Source of the DNA: Spirochaetota bacterium
Lineage (GTDB): Bacteria > Spirochaetota > UBA4802 > UBA5550
DNA: 64,000 nt
Assembly: GCA_963664815.2 (NCBI GenBank)
Contig: CAXXHB010000003.1
Location: 800,001 to 864,000 of the forward strand
Direction: 5' to 3'
Part shown: one piece after another, positions 9,776 to 19,252 of the stretch
How positions within the stretch are numbered: the first letter of the stretch is position 1
Layout: the number at the start of each line of letters is the position of its first letter
Notes under the pieces: model-generated
Told to the model about the DNA's origin: nothing
What the model saw: the letters and a program-made list of their open reading frames with translations, nothing else
Database searches by the model: none
Program-made: the position numbers and the translations under genes

Positions 9776-11029
9776 ATGACTATATTTTCTCTCATTGCTT
9801 TTACTGTTTCATTAACCTGCCTTGTCATGGGATTTATAGTATTATTCAGGGAGAGGAGACGGAGAAGCCACCGTTTATTTTTTCTTATATGCCTTTCACT
9901 ATCATTTCTAAATCTGGTCTCTATCCCTGCATACTCCGCGACTGATAAAGCAGGCGTTATGTTCTGGACTGAAGTTGCGGCCTGGTTCGTCAATCCTTTC
10001 TACGCGGTTAACCTTCATTTTTATTTAGACCTGGTTTTCAAAAAGAAATTAAGATTATTGAAAATGATTCCTATATATGCGCCGCCGGTTTTAATTAACC
10101 TGCTGTTTCTTAGATATCCTTATTCTGTTCTGAACTATGCTCAGTATGAGGGGCAGTGGAAACTTGTTCCTGCATATGGTAGTCCATGGTTCTATGTTGC
10201 TTCCGGTTATGTACTGCTTTATGCTTCGATTACTGTTTTAGTTATCGTATTATACCTGAAGAGGTCAGTTTATAACAAGGAGAGGAAGCAGGCTTTCTGG
10301 CTTATGATGAATCTTGTTATAAGTACAGCTATCGGAACTGCAGGTTTGTGGGTAATCCCTTTTTTTAATTTCAGAATACCCAACATCGGTCCAACCTATC
10401 ATTTATTTTATGTTGCCGGTCTTTTCTATTCAGTATACAGATTCAGGTTTATGGAGCTTAATCCTTCAATTGTCGCAGATGAGATTATATCCCATATCAG
10501 TGATATGGTAATACTGCTGGACAGTGAATTGAGAGTAGTATCGTTAAATACAGCTGCACTAAAATCACTTGGATACATCCAGGCTGATATTACAGGGAAA
10601 TATTTTCCTGATTTAGTACATGAAAAAGAATCTATATTAAATGCATTCCGGAAGATTACATCAGCGGGAGTTTCCAGCATTGGTTTAATGACAAGGTATA
10701 AAACAGAAGATGAACCTGTTATTGCAGATTCGTACCTTGCAGCGGTAAAAGATCGTTTTGATGATGTTACCGGTTTCCTTGTTATTTCAAAAGAGAACCG
10801 GGGAAGAAATGCGTTTCGTAAAGCTTATAAAATTACAGGAAGAGAACTTGAGATAGTTGATCTGACTCTTGCCGGGTTGTCAAGCAGAGAGATCGGAAAA
10901 CATCTGGAGATTTCTGAGCGGACAGTACAATCACACCAGGAGCATATTTATCAGAAAACCGGTGCTGCAGGGAAGGTAGAGCTGATTAAACTTGCCGGCG
11001 TATTCAACCTCGAAGAAAAAAAATCATAA
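9776..11029 (+). CDS. Membrane-bound one-component regulator: 7TM sensor + PAS + LuxR HTH
   Basis: Seven hydrophobic segments (HisKA_7TM-like), PAS-like DMVILLD..VVSLN, C-terminal ITGRELEIV..GLSSREIGKHLEISERTVQSH; alternative TTG start at 9755. Confidence 0.88.
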   Translation: MTIFSLIAFTVSLTCLVMGFIVLFRERRRRSHRLFFLICLSLSFLNLVSIPAYSATDKAGVMFWTEVAAWFVNPFYAVNLHFYLDLVFKKKLRLLKMIPIYAPPVLINLLFLRYPYSVLNYAQYEGQWKLVPAYGSPWFYVASGYVLLYASITVLVIVLYLKRSVYNKERKQAFWLMMNLVISTAIGTAGLWVIPFFNFRIPNIGPTYHLFYVAGLFYSVYRFRFMELNPSIVADEIISHISDMVILLDSELRVVSLNTAALKSLGYIQADITGKYFPDLVHEKESILNAFRKITSAGVSSIGLMTRYKTEDEPVIADSYLAAVKDRFDDVTGFLVISKENRGRNAFRKAYKITGRELEIVDLTLAGLSSREIGKHLEISERTVQSHQEHIYQKTGAAGKVELIKLAGVFNLEEKKS

Positions 11030-11051
11030 AAAGCGAATAAAATTTAACCAT

Positions 11052-11069
11052 ATCCGTAATCTTACGGAT
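11052..11069. promoter_or_regulatory. Perfect palindrome, candidate LuxR/NarL-type operator
   Basis: ATCCGTAA-TC-TTACGGAT between the LuxR gene and the 11208 gene; the 2-nt spacer is too short for a terminator loop. Confidence 0.55.
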
Positions 11070-11207
11070 GGCACGGAATTTTATATATGGCATATTATTG
11101 ATGTTCATATTGAATAAAGGGTTATGAATCCATGTTTTAGTTTATGCTAACGGGAAGTTCATTCATTATGAAATTTAAGAACAAAATCAAAAAATGAGGT
11201 TAATAAT

Positions 11208-11900
11208 ATGGCATTAAAAAAAGTATCGCTGTTTTTCACATTTGTATTGTTTATTATGGTTGCAGCAAATGCTGAGGATGCATACAAACAGTATGTTAAA
11301 GCTTATGGAACCGGAATAGTTATCGCTTCAGACAAAGGATTGCCCTCCAGAAATGAATTCGATAAATCCATGATTGATTTTAAAAACGGTATTTCTTATA
11401 TAAAAGGTGGTCCCGGAGCATCTTTTCATATACGGGAATATGTTAAAGATGGTAAAACTGAACTTGAATTGCTTAATGCGCTGAAAAAAGGATTTGATAC
11501 AGATAAAATTATTGAAGGTTCTGAGAGAATGGTTTTGCAGATATGGACATCACACGCAGAAGATGGCACTTCAAATATGGATAAAAACGCAGTATGGCCA
11601 AAAAAGCTTGTTGATTTTCCCAACTGGCGTGAATTCAGCACTATGAAATATAATACTAATAATTCCAATTTAAATAATAACGGATATACATGGGAGGATC
11701 TGAATTCAAATGATCCTGAGAACTACTCAGGTGGCAGCCTGGCAAAATGGCTTGAAAATGCCAAACCTGGATATAAGTTATACATATTGTTTTATCACAG
11801 CATTGTAATAAATTATCAATGGGACGCATTCAAACAAAAATGGGATACCATGTTATATAGAGATAAACCTTTCGCAGCAGGTACAATTATCATTAAGTAA
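11208..11900 (+). CDS. Secreted hypothetical protein
   Basis: GAGGT RBS, signal peptide ending AANA-E, 230 aa, no family recognised. Confidence 0.8.
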   Translation: MALKKVSLFFTFVLFIMVAANAEDAYKQYVKAYGTGIVIASDKGLPSRNEFDKSMIDFKNGISYIKGGPGASFHIREYVKDGKTELELLNALKKGFDTDKIIEGSERMVLQIWTSHAEDGTSNMDKNAVWPKKLVDFPNWREFSTMKYNTNNSNLNNNGYTWEDLNSNDPENYSGGSLAKWLENAKPGYKLYILFYHSIVINYQWDAFKQKWDTMLYRDKPFAAGTIIIK

Positions 11901-12185
11901 GCCTGACAGCTCTTTCCCCTATACCGGGAACCGTTTTAATCCGGAATGGTTTGAATATGAAGACGTTTATATTCCATCCTTCTCATGCATCCTCTGTATA
12001 CGGCTGGCAGCTATAAACACTCTGATATGCAGATGGGTGACGTTATCCCGGTATGGTAAAGATGACAGGTATGTTTTTTTAAGTATAGCCGGCATAACGT
12101 TAATATTGGGAAGTGCGGCAATATTACCCTTGACAATATCAAACCGGATCAGCATATTTTGTCATTCAATTGTTAAGGGTATTAT

Positions 12186-13106
12186 ATGAAAAAAATAATA
12201 ATATGGTTTAAAGAAACCAGACCGCAGTTTCTTACCCTCTCCATTGTTCTTACTTTCCTGGGGACAGCGATTGCATGGCATTATTCGCCGGTAAATATCT
12301 GGTACGCGTTTATTGCCGGTCTCGGATTATGCCTGACTCACGGCAGCGTCAATGCAGTAAATGATTATTTTGATTATAAAAGCGGGATTGATCTGAATGT
12401 AAACAGGACTCCATTCAGCGGCGGGAGCGGGCTTATCAGGGAGGGGAAACTCTCATTAAGGCAGGCTCTTGGAGTAGGGGTTGTTACCTCGCTCGCGGCA
12501 CTGGGAATAGGTGTATTTTTTGTAATTAAAAGCGGATCAATGCTGATCCCGCTGCTGGCAGCGGCAGCTCTATGTCTGGTTCTTTATACACCGGTTATTC
12601 TGAGAACTCCCTGGCCTGAGTGGTCACCCGGGCTGGGATTGGGGATACTGCCTATACTCGGATTCTGCTTCATACAGACAGGTGAATACAGCTGGATTGT
12701 TCTTGTCGCTTCAGTACCGAGCGGTATTCTTGTACATAATCTTCTTCTGCTGAATGAGTTCCCTGATGTTGAAGCGGACAGGAAAGGGGGGAGAAAGACA
12801 ACACCTGTTGTTTTCGGCATGGAGGCCGCCGGCAGGTTTTTCAGGTTTATGACAGTAATGGTATATGTCTGGATTATCGGGTGTGTGCTTGCAACTCTTA
12901 TAACAGGTATCGTGATTATGCCCGTCTACTGTCTGATCGCATTAATGACTGTACCTGTTGCAGCAAAAACCATGCAGGGATCAAAGGAATACAATGATAT
13001 GAATAAATTTGTCCCGGCTCTCGGGAACAACGTAAAGTTTATCTTATCAACGCAGGTTCTGATAGGTGCGGGTTATATACTGGAAAAACTGTTTCCTTTG
13101 TTTTAA
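12186..13106 (+). CDS. menA: UbiA-family prenyltransferase (MenA-like)
   Basis: RPQFL, NDYFDYKSGID and NEFPDVEADRKGGRKT Asp-rich motifs; multiple TM helices. Confidence 0.8.
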   Translation: MKKIIIWFKETRPQFLTLSIVLTFLGTAIAWHYSPVNIWYAFIAGLGLCLTHGSVNAVNDYFDYKSGIDLNVNRTPFSGGSGLIREGKLSLRQALGVGVVTSLAALGIGVFFVIKSGSMLIPLLAAAALCLVLYTPVILRTPWPEWSPGLGLGILPILGFCFIQTGEYSWIVLVASVPSGILVHNLLLLNEFPDVEADRKGGRKTTPVVFGMEAAGRFFRFMTVMVYVWIIGCVLATLITGIVIMPVYCLIALMTVPVAAKTMQGSKEYNDMNKFVPALGNNVKFILSTQVLIGAGYILEKLFPLF

Positions 13107-13132
13107 GATTGAATATAAAATGATACGTTTTT

Positions 13133-13367
13133 AAATACTGTCCGCGCCTCACCCCCCGTCCTCTCTCCATGATGAGATATGGTAAATCGCGGAAAATATA
13201 TGGTTTAATCCTTCCCCAATCTTTTCATGGGGAAGGTGGCCAGCGGCCGGATGGGGAGGATCGGCCACTGTTTTATCAAGCAGAATGTACACTGAAAGTT
13301 TATAAGTAAAAATACTGTCGCGCCTCACCCCCCGTCCCCCTCTCCATGATGAAATAGAGAGGGGGTG
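13133..13367. repeat. Cluster of GC-rich REP-like palindromic repeats downstream of the DUF559 gene
   Basis: Type A AAATACTGTC(C)GCGCCTCACCCCCCGTCC(T/C)CTCTCCATGATGA at 13133 and 13310, the second with a CCCCCTCTC/GAGAGGGGG hairpin; type B with a CCTTCCCCA/TGGGGAAGG hairpin at 13184-13264. Confidence 0.85.
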
Positions 13368-13428
13368 TTTGGTGAAAATTATTATATGCTGAAATATTCA
13401 CCAATATTTTCATCTATAAATTATAAAC

Positions 13429-13827
13429 TTATTCACTAAAAGGATGTACTTCCTGCAGCATTAATGATTTTTTAATATCTATCTCGCTTTTTATCATTTT
13501 TATAGCATCCTGAATTCTGTTTATAATCGTATCATTTGTTATTCTTAAGATTTTGAAGCCGGAATATTGAATAATATAATCTCTTGTAATATCACGTTCT
13601 ATCTGCTTGTCGTGAATTTTACCATCAACTTCAATAATAAGCATTATTTCAAGACAGGCAAAATCAGCTACAAAAAATCCGGTTTTGTCTTCATCCTTAT
13701 ACGTTATTGGATGTTGTCTTCTAATCTTAACTCCAAGTTTTCTTTTTCTGATCTCAGACCATAGCAGGATTTCGGCTTTTGTAGAATTTTTTCTTAGATC
13801 CCTGCTCAGTTTTGTTATTTCATTCAT
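13429..13827 (-). CDS. DUF559 (Vsr-like PD-(D/E)xK) endonuclease domain protein
   Basis: LRKNSTKAEILLWSEIR, RRQHPI, VADFAC, IIEVDGKIH, RD..RD, GFKILRITN. Confidence 0.92.
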   Translation of the reverse strand: MNEITKLSRDLRKNSTKAEILLWSEIRKRKLGVKIRRQHPITYKDEDKTGFFVADFACLEIMLIIEVDGKIHDKQIERDITRDYIIQYSGFKILRITNDTIINRIQDAIKMIKSEIDIKKSLMLQEVHPFSE

Positions 13828-13995
13828 AACTTTTCCTCTTTTTTATTAATACGCTGCAGAGATTATTGGGGTAAATTTTTTTATTTGTTGAAAATAGTTC
13901 CAATTGCAGTGTCGCCCTCATGTTTTGCTTCCTTTGTCTTTTTAGTCATTGGTCGCGCAATATCATGATTTCAGGTTTCTTAAGATTAGAAGGGA

Positions 13996-14078
13996 AAATC
14001 GCAGAAAATATATGGTTTAATCCTTCCCCAATCTTTTCATGGGGAAAAGGTGGCCAGCGGCCGGATGGGGAGGATCGG
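13996..14078. repeat. Second copy of the type B repeat (direct repeat of 13184-13264)
   Basis: About 82 bp matching 13184-13264 with one substitution and a 2-nt indel. Confidence 0.9.
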
Positions 14079-14136
14079 TACACGCTGCTTCTATCTGCCT
14101 GAAAGGTCAAAAGAGTATGTGTATATGTGCTGATAA

Positions 14137-15174
14137 TCAGCTCATAAGCTCGCGCGGCCTTTCCGGATTCCGATAGGCGTCGAGTATTTTGTCAAGCGGA
14201 ATGATTTTGCCCCAGAGTAGTGCTGATTTCATTGCAGCAGGGCCTTTTACAACAGGTGGTTTACCTTTGATGCAATGTGCTATTACAGCTTTCTCATCGG
14301 TTATGAACTTATCAGCAGTAAATCTTTTACCGTTTTCATTTTTATTAAGCATGGGTATAATTATTTTTTCAATATAATCTCTGACCCGTGGTATGGCATA
14401 AAGCTCAGCATCATCAACCCCGTAAAACTCAGATACGAAGCGGTATGCATTTTCAACACGCTGCCTGTTCTCCTCTGTAGGTGAAAGCATGTATCCGGAA
14501 ACCGCACCTCCAAGCGTAATGTAAAGGTCGTTTGTCAAAAGCTCGTCGCACATAAGCTCCATTCTGTTCAGTTCAAGGAGCCTGTTCGATTCGTACTCAA
14601 TTTCAATGGAGCTTGTTGCGCTACCGGCCATCTTCATCATGCATTCGTTGTGGTGTGCCATTACAGGAATTGACAGCAAATCGGCCTGTGCCACAAGGGG
14701 TCTGAATTTTTCAATAAGCGGTGCAGTCGACATTTTAACAAAGAGCTTCTCCTCCGCCATTTTGCGCACAAATTCACCTGCGCGGGAGGATTCTTTTTCA
14801 ATCTGGAATACTCTGCCGTAGACAGCGCAGGTCTCCGGACAGGATGATTTATCGCCGATTGCTTCGTATGCCTTATGGTATCCCAGGGCAGCATCAGATA
14901 CGGACGGTTCCTTTATCTGGCCGGAACTCCTTTGTATTGCCAGTGACTCTGTTGCAAGGGCAGAGATCAACGCCGACATTTCGTTGAGCATATTCTTTTC
15001 AGAAACCCTCCCCATGAAACTCCCTATATCCTGGCAGCTGTTCCCGAGGGAGGTCATCTTCTCAAAATAATTTTCAACATCCTTAAGCTTTGCACTGTCG
15101 GCGGATACTTTCGGCTTATACATGTCAATCATGTTGCGGTAAGAAGCGAGAAAGCCTTTTATGTCGTCATTCAT
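14137..15174 (-). CDS. Hypothetical alpha-helical protein
   Basis: 345-aa ORF, ATGA overlap with the upstream gene, GGGAGA RBS. Confidence 0.8.
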   Translation of the reverse strand: MNDDIKGFLASYRNMIDMYKPKVSADSAKLKDVENYFEKMTSLGNSCQDIGSFMGRVSEKNMLNEMSALISALATESLAIQRSSGQIKEPSVSDAALGYHKAYEAIGDKSSCPETCAVYGRVFQIEKESSRAGEFVRKMAEEKLFVKMSTAPLIEKFRPLVAQADLLSIPVMAHHNECMMKMAGSATSSIEIEYESNRLLELNRMELMCDELLTNDLYITLGGAVSGYMLSPTEENRQRVENAYRFVSEFYGVDDAELYAIPRVRDYIEKIIIPMLNKNENGKRFTADKFITDEKAVIAHCIKGKPPVVKGPAAMKSALLWGKIIPLDKILDAYRNPERPRELMS

Positions 15175-15770
15175 GCTGTTATCTCCCTAAACCATTTTTC
15201 TATAAGGGCAAACTGTCCGTCATTATAATAAAGAGAATTCCTGTACCCGGGTTGAGTCTTAATCTTCTCCCAGCTCAGTTGAGGATCCAGTTCCTGAAGT
15301 GAGTTCCAATGCTTTATAATATTTGCCTTTATACTGCCGCGTTCAGCCGGTATCTCCACTCTCCATGCTGTTATGCCCCTGCAGAGGTTGGCAAGCAGTT
15401 CCCTTTTTTTATATTCGATATTGAGAAGAGCTTCGGTGGCCTGACGTGCATCACCGGTTTTCATATATATATCGCCATAACCCGATGAATTCTGTACAGC
15501 TTCGGATATTGTTTTATAGGCTTTAACTTTCTCCACCTGGCTGAACTTTTCATAAAGAAGGGCAAAGTCTTCGTTCCTGTCCAGCTGCTCGGCTTTCATA
15601 ACGGCGAACATGTCTCCGGCCTCTTTAATGTAGTCTCCGGGTCTCTCTCTTATTACTTTGAGGTAACTGTTGTAAACCGCAATTGTGTTTTTATGCAGTT
15701 CGGGCCTGCTGCTGCATTCCGCCAGCCGCGCTTCGAGATATTTTTCCGCATCTTTAATTTCGTCACTCAT
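15171..15770 (-). CDS. Hypothetical alpha-helical protein
   Basis: 199-aa ORF, GGAGA RBS, translationally coupled to 14137..15174. Confidence 0.8.
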   Translation of the reverse strand: MSDEIKDAEKYLEARLAECSSRPELHKNTIAVYNSYLKVIRERPGDYIKEAGDMFAVMKAEQLDRNEDFALLYEKFSQVEKVKAYKTISEAVQNSSGYGDIYMKTGDARQATEALLNIEYKKRELLANLCRGITAWRVEIPAERGSIKANIIKHWNSLQELDPQLSWEKIKTQPGYRNSLYYNDGQFALIEKWFREITA

Positions 15771-16022
15771 ATATTCTCCATGAAATATTTCTGTATATAA
15801 TATAGCAGCATTCAGATATCTAATCCATAATTTTTTTAATCACAGAATAATATCTGTTTTCAGGGGGACCGAATGTGGGGTGTTAAAATCAGAAATTTAA
15901 TAATTTTTCTGTTATGCTTTATCGTGTTGAAATGACAGGTAACAGACAGCAGATTTAAGGGGAAATTTAAAAAGATTGACTTGGGAGCTTCGGAGGAGTT
16001 TATTTAAAATAAAAAATAAAAA

Positions 16023-16661
16023 ATGGTAACATGCAAATATATGGAAAAGCTTAATATAATAGAAAGAATACCTGTAATTCTTCCGGAAAGGGACATCTTT
16101 TTCAGGTTGAAGTTCAATATACACAAAACTGAGGTTGATGATGAACAGAGAAAAAAGATACTCTCTGTAATAAACAGTGGATTTTCCGCCTGTGAACCGA
16201 GAGGAGTATGGCTGCGGGATGATATTGAATCAAACAGCGGAACGTCAGTGGTTTTCGGCAGCGGTGTTGAATTCAAAAGCAAATCGGTATGTGATCTTTT
16301 ATCCGGAAGCCATGCAGCGGTCTTCATGGGTGTTACAGTAGGGCCGGCTGTAATTGATCTTGCATCGTCTGCCGTGAATATTGGAGATGGTGCTTCGGCG
16401 GTAATTTTTGATGCCGTAGGAAGCGAGACAGCTGAAGCGGCGATTGAATGGTTAAACAGGTATATTGCGCAGCAGATTAAGAGGAGGGGGGAAATCCTTA
16501 CCTCAATGAGATTTTCCGCCGGATATGGCGATTTTCTGCTTGAAAATCAGAGACATTTCTTTGAACTGCTTAAACTTGAAGATTTAGGGATAAAACTTAC
16601 AGACAGGTATATTTTTATACCGGAGAAAACCGTTACCGCCGTAGCTGGTATAAAGATCTGA
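16023..16661 (+). CDS. Stand-alone methionine synthase reactivation (AdoMet-binding) domain
   Basis: DAVGSETAEAA, RFSAGYGDF and IPEKTVTAVAG motifs; directly upstream of metH; alternative start 16041. Confidence 0.85.
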   Translation: MVTCKYMEKLNIIERIPVILPERDIFFRLKFNIHKTEVDDEQRKKILSVINSGFSACEPRGVWLRDDIESNSGTSVVFGSGVEFKSKSVCDLLSGSHAAVFMGVTVGPAVIDLASSAVNIGDGASAVIFDAVGSETAEAAIEWLNRYIAQQIKRRGEILTSMRFSAGYGDFLLENQRHFFELLKLEDLGIKLTDRYIFIPEKTVTAVAGIKI

Positions 16662-16756
16662 TCCAATAAAGAGTGAAAAAAATGAGTCTCTGCACTCCAT
16701 GAGCAGGCTTCGGGGTCAGCTATTGTGACAGAATGTAATTATAAAGGATACAATGA

Positions 16757-19153
16757 ATGAACAGAAAAGAATTCAGGGATTTTTTAAACCAAGGGCTTGT
16801 GATACTGGACGGTGCTACCGGCACGGAGCTTGCCAAACGTGGAATGCCGGGAGGAGTATGCCCGGAGTTGTGGTGTATTGAAAACCGCGAAGCTGTAAAG
16901 GATCTGCAGAATAAATATGCCTCCGCCGGGAGCAATTTGATCTATACTCCGACATTCGGAGGTAATGAGTGTAAACTCGCTGAATTCGGACTTGAAAACA
17001 GGTTCTATGAAATAAATTTTACACTTGCAGAGATGTCGAAAAGAAATGCCGGGGGTGCGCTTGTTTTCGGCGATATCGCCCCCACTGGAAGATTTGTTGA
17101 ACCTTTCGGCGATCTGTCATTTGAGGATGCTGTCATAGTTTTCAAGGAACAGGCAAAGGCCCTGCAGGATGGCGGAGTTGATGGCTTTGTTATTGAGACG
17201 ATGCTTGATATACAGGAGGCCAGGGCGGCGTTGATTGCCGTAAGGGAAATATGCGATCTACCGGTAATGGTAAGCATGACATATGAAAAAGACGGAAGAA
17301 CCTTAAACGGGACGGATCCGGTATCAGCGCTTATAACTCTTCAGTCTCTCGGTGCGGATGCTGTCGGGTGCAACTGCTCAACCGGCCCTTCGGATATGAT
17401 GAATATAATAAGAGAGATGAATATGTACGCGCGTGTTCCCCTTCTCGCAAAACCTAACGCGGGAATGCCGAAACTTGTTAACAGCGTTACTACGTTTGAT
17501 ATGGGGCATGAAGAGTTTGCCTCTTACGTGGATGATTTTATTGAGGCTGGAGCAAATCTTCTGGGGGGGTGCTGCGGCACAACGCCGGATCATATAGGTG
17601 CAGCTGCGGCAAAGGGGAGGGGCAAAAAGACTTTAACCCATTCCCCGGGTAGATTCTCCGCTGTTTCATCGGCCAGGAAGAGCGTGATAATAGGGGAAGG
17701 CAGGCCTCTGGCTGTTGTAGGGGAGAGGATTAACCCTACCGGAAAGAAGGCTCTGCAGGCTGAACTTCGTGAAGGAAAAACAGGAATAGTACAGGATTTT
17801 GCCCTGGAGCAGCAGCTGAAAGGGGCATCCATCCTTGATGTAAACATGGGTCTTTCAGGTATCGATGAAAAAGAGATGATGCTTAAAACCGTAAGATTGC
17901 TGTCGAGAACAAGTGATCTTCCGTTATGTATAGATTCGACAATTCCCGAGGTAGTGGAGGCTGCACTGAGCATATACCCCGGCCGGGCGCTTGTAAACTC
18001 TATCTCTGCCGAAAAGGAGAGAATTGAGAGAACCCTTCCCATCGCGGCAAAGTATGGTGCAATGTTTATACTGCTTCCCCTGAACGATGAGGGTATACCT
18101 GTCACGCTTCAGGAAAGAAAGGAAATAGTTGAATATATTCTGAGCGAGGGGGCAAAGTACGGATATACAAAAGATGACATAGTTGTTGATGGTCTTGTAA
18201 TGACAGTAAGCTCGGACAAAAATGCTGCTCTTATGACCCTTGACCTCATTGAATGGTGCTCAAGGGATCTCTCTGTGAATACAATATGCGGACTTTCTAA
18301 CGTTTCTTTCGGACTTCCCGCGAGAGAATGGATAAATTCGTCTTTTCTTGCAATGGCGGCATCGAGAGGGCTTACAATGGCTATTGCGAATCCATCGTCA
18401 GAGCAGCTGATGAATACCCTTTTCGCATGTAATGCGCTGTCATCGAGGGATAAAAATCTTGCCGGGTATGTTGATAGATTCTCCGGCAGCACTGAAAAAA
18501 CCGTGTCAGCTGATGTGAATATCTCCCCTGAAAGGCTGATTTTTGAATCTGTACTCCGCGGATGGGATGACAGGATTGAAGGTGCTGTAACTCTGGCCGT
18601 CAGTGCCGGTACTGATCCGCAGAAACTGGTTGATGAATTTTTAATTCCCGCCATAACGCTTGTGGGTGAAAAGTATGAAAGGAAGGAATATTTTCTTCCC
18701 CAGCTTATAATGAGCGCTGATACAATGAGAAAGGGTTTTGCCGTAATAGAACCGCTTCTTTCAAAAAAAGAGTCTTTCGGAAAAGCGTGTAAAATCGTAA
18801 TAGCAACAGTTAAAGGGGATATACACGATATAGGAAAGAACATCGTAACACTGATGCTGCGCAATTACGGGTTTGAGGTAGTTGATCTGGGGAAGGATGT
18901 TCCGGCAGAGATTATAATAGACAGGGCGTCTGAAGTTAATGCGGATATTGTTGCGCTCTCCGCTCTTATGACCACCACCATGACAGAAATGCCGGCAGTA
19001 ATAAACCTCGCGCGCAGCAGGGGACTTAAATTTAAGTTTATGATCGGCGGCGCCGTGGTTGACCAGAACTATGCGGACGAAATCGGCGCTGACAGCTATT
19101 CAATGGACGCCATGGATGCTGTAAAGCAGGCTAAGGTTCTGTCAAATGGATAA
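16757..19153 (+). CDS. metH: B12-dependent methionine synthase (Hcy-binding, pterin-binding, cap and cobalamin-binding domains)
   Basis: LDGATGT, GCNCS, GGCCGTTPDHI, GERINPTGKK, GDIHDIGKNIV, SALMTTT; lacks the C-terminal activation domain. Confidence 0.95.
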   Translation: MNRKEFRDFLNQGLVILDGATGTELAKRGMPGGVCPELWCIENREAVKDLQNKYASAGSNLIYTPTFGGNECKLAEFGLENRFYEINFTLAEMSKRNAGGALVFGDIAPTGRFVEPFGDLSFEDAVIVFKEQAKALQDGGVDGFVIETMLDIQEARAALIAVREICDLPVMVSMTYEKDGRTLNGTDPVSALITLQSLGADAVGCNCSTGPSDMMNIIREMNMYARVPLLAKPNAGMPKLVNSVTTFDMGHEEFASYVDDFIEAGANLLGGCCGTTPDHIGAAAAKGRGKKTLTHSPGRFSAVSSARKSVIIGEGRPLAVVGERINPTGKKALQAELREGKTGIVQDFALEQQLKGASILDVNMGLSGIDEKEMMLKTVRLLSRTSDLPLCIDSTIPEVVEAALSIYPGRALVNSISAEKERIERTLPIAAKYGAMFILLPLNDEGIPVTLQERKEIVEYILSEGAKYGYTKDDIVVDGLVMTVSSDKNAALMTLDLIEWCSRDLSVNTICGLSNVSFGLPAREWINSSFLAMAASRGLTMAIANPSSEQLMNTLFACNALSSRDKNLAGYVDRFSGSTEKTVSADVNISPERLIFESVLRGWDDRIEGAVTLAVSAGTDPQKLVDEFLIPAITLVGEKYERKEYFLPQLIMSADTMRKGFAVIEPLLSKKESFGKACKIVIATVKGDIHDIGKNIVTLMLRNYGFEVVDLGKDVPAEIIIDRASEVNADIVALSALMTTTMTEMPAVINLARSRGLKFKFMIGGAVVDQNYADEIGADSYSMDAMDAVKQAKVLSNG

Positions 19154-19252
19154 TCTAACCTGGCCGATTGTGTCAAAGTAATGGGCGGAAAGATTTTATA
19201 ATAATTTTCAACTCTCTATTGACAAATTAAATAGACTGCGGCATCTGAGTCT

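Noticed and set aside
15780-16022. SAM or cobalamin riboswitch upstream of the metH genes
   Set aside because: No SAM-I core or B12-box consensus was recognisable by eye.
17590-18864. Long antisense ORFs (171 and 251 aa) and similar shadow ORFs elsewhere in the track
   Set aside because: They lie wholly opposite well-supported genes, show no recognisable motifs, and are expected from codon bias.
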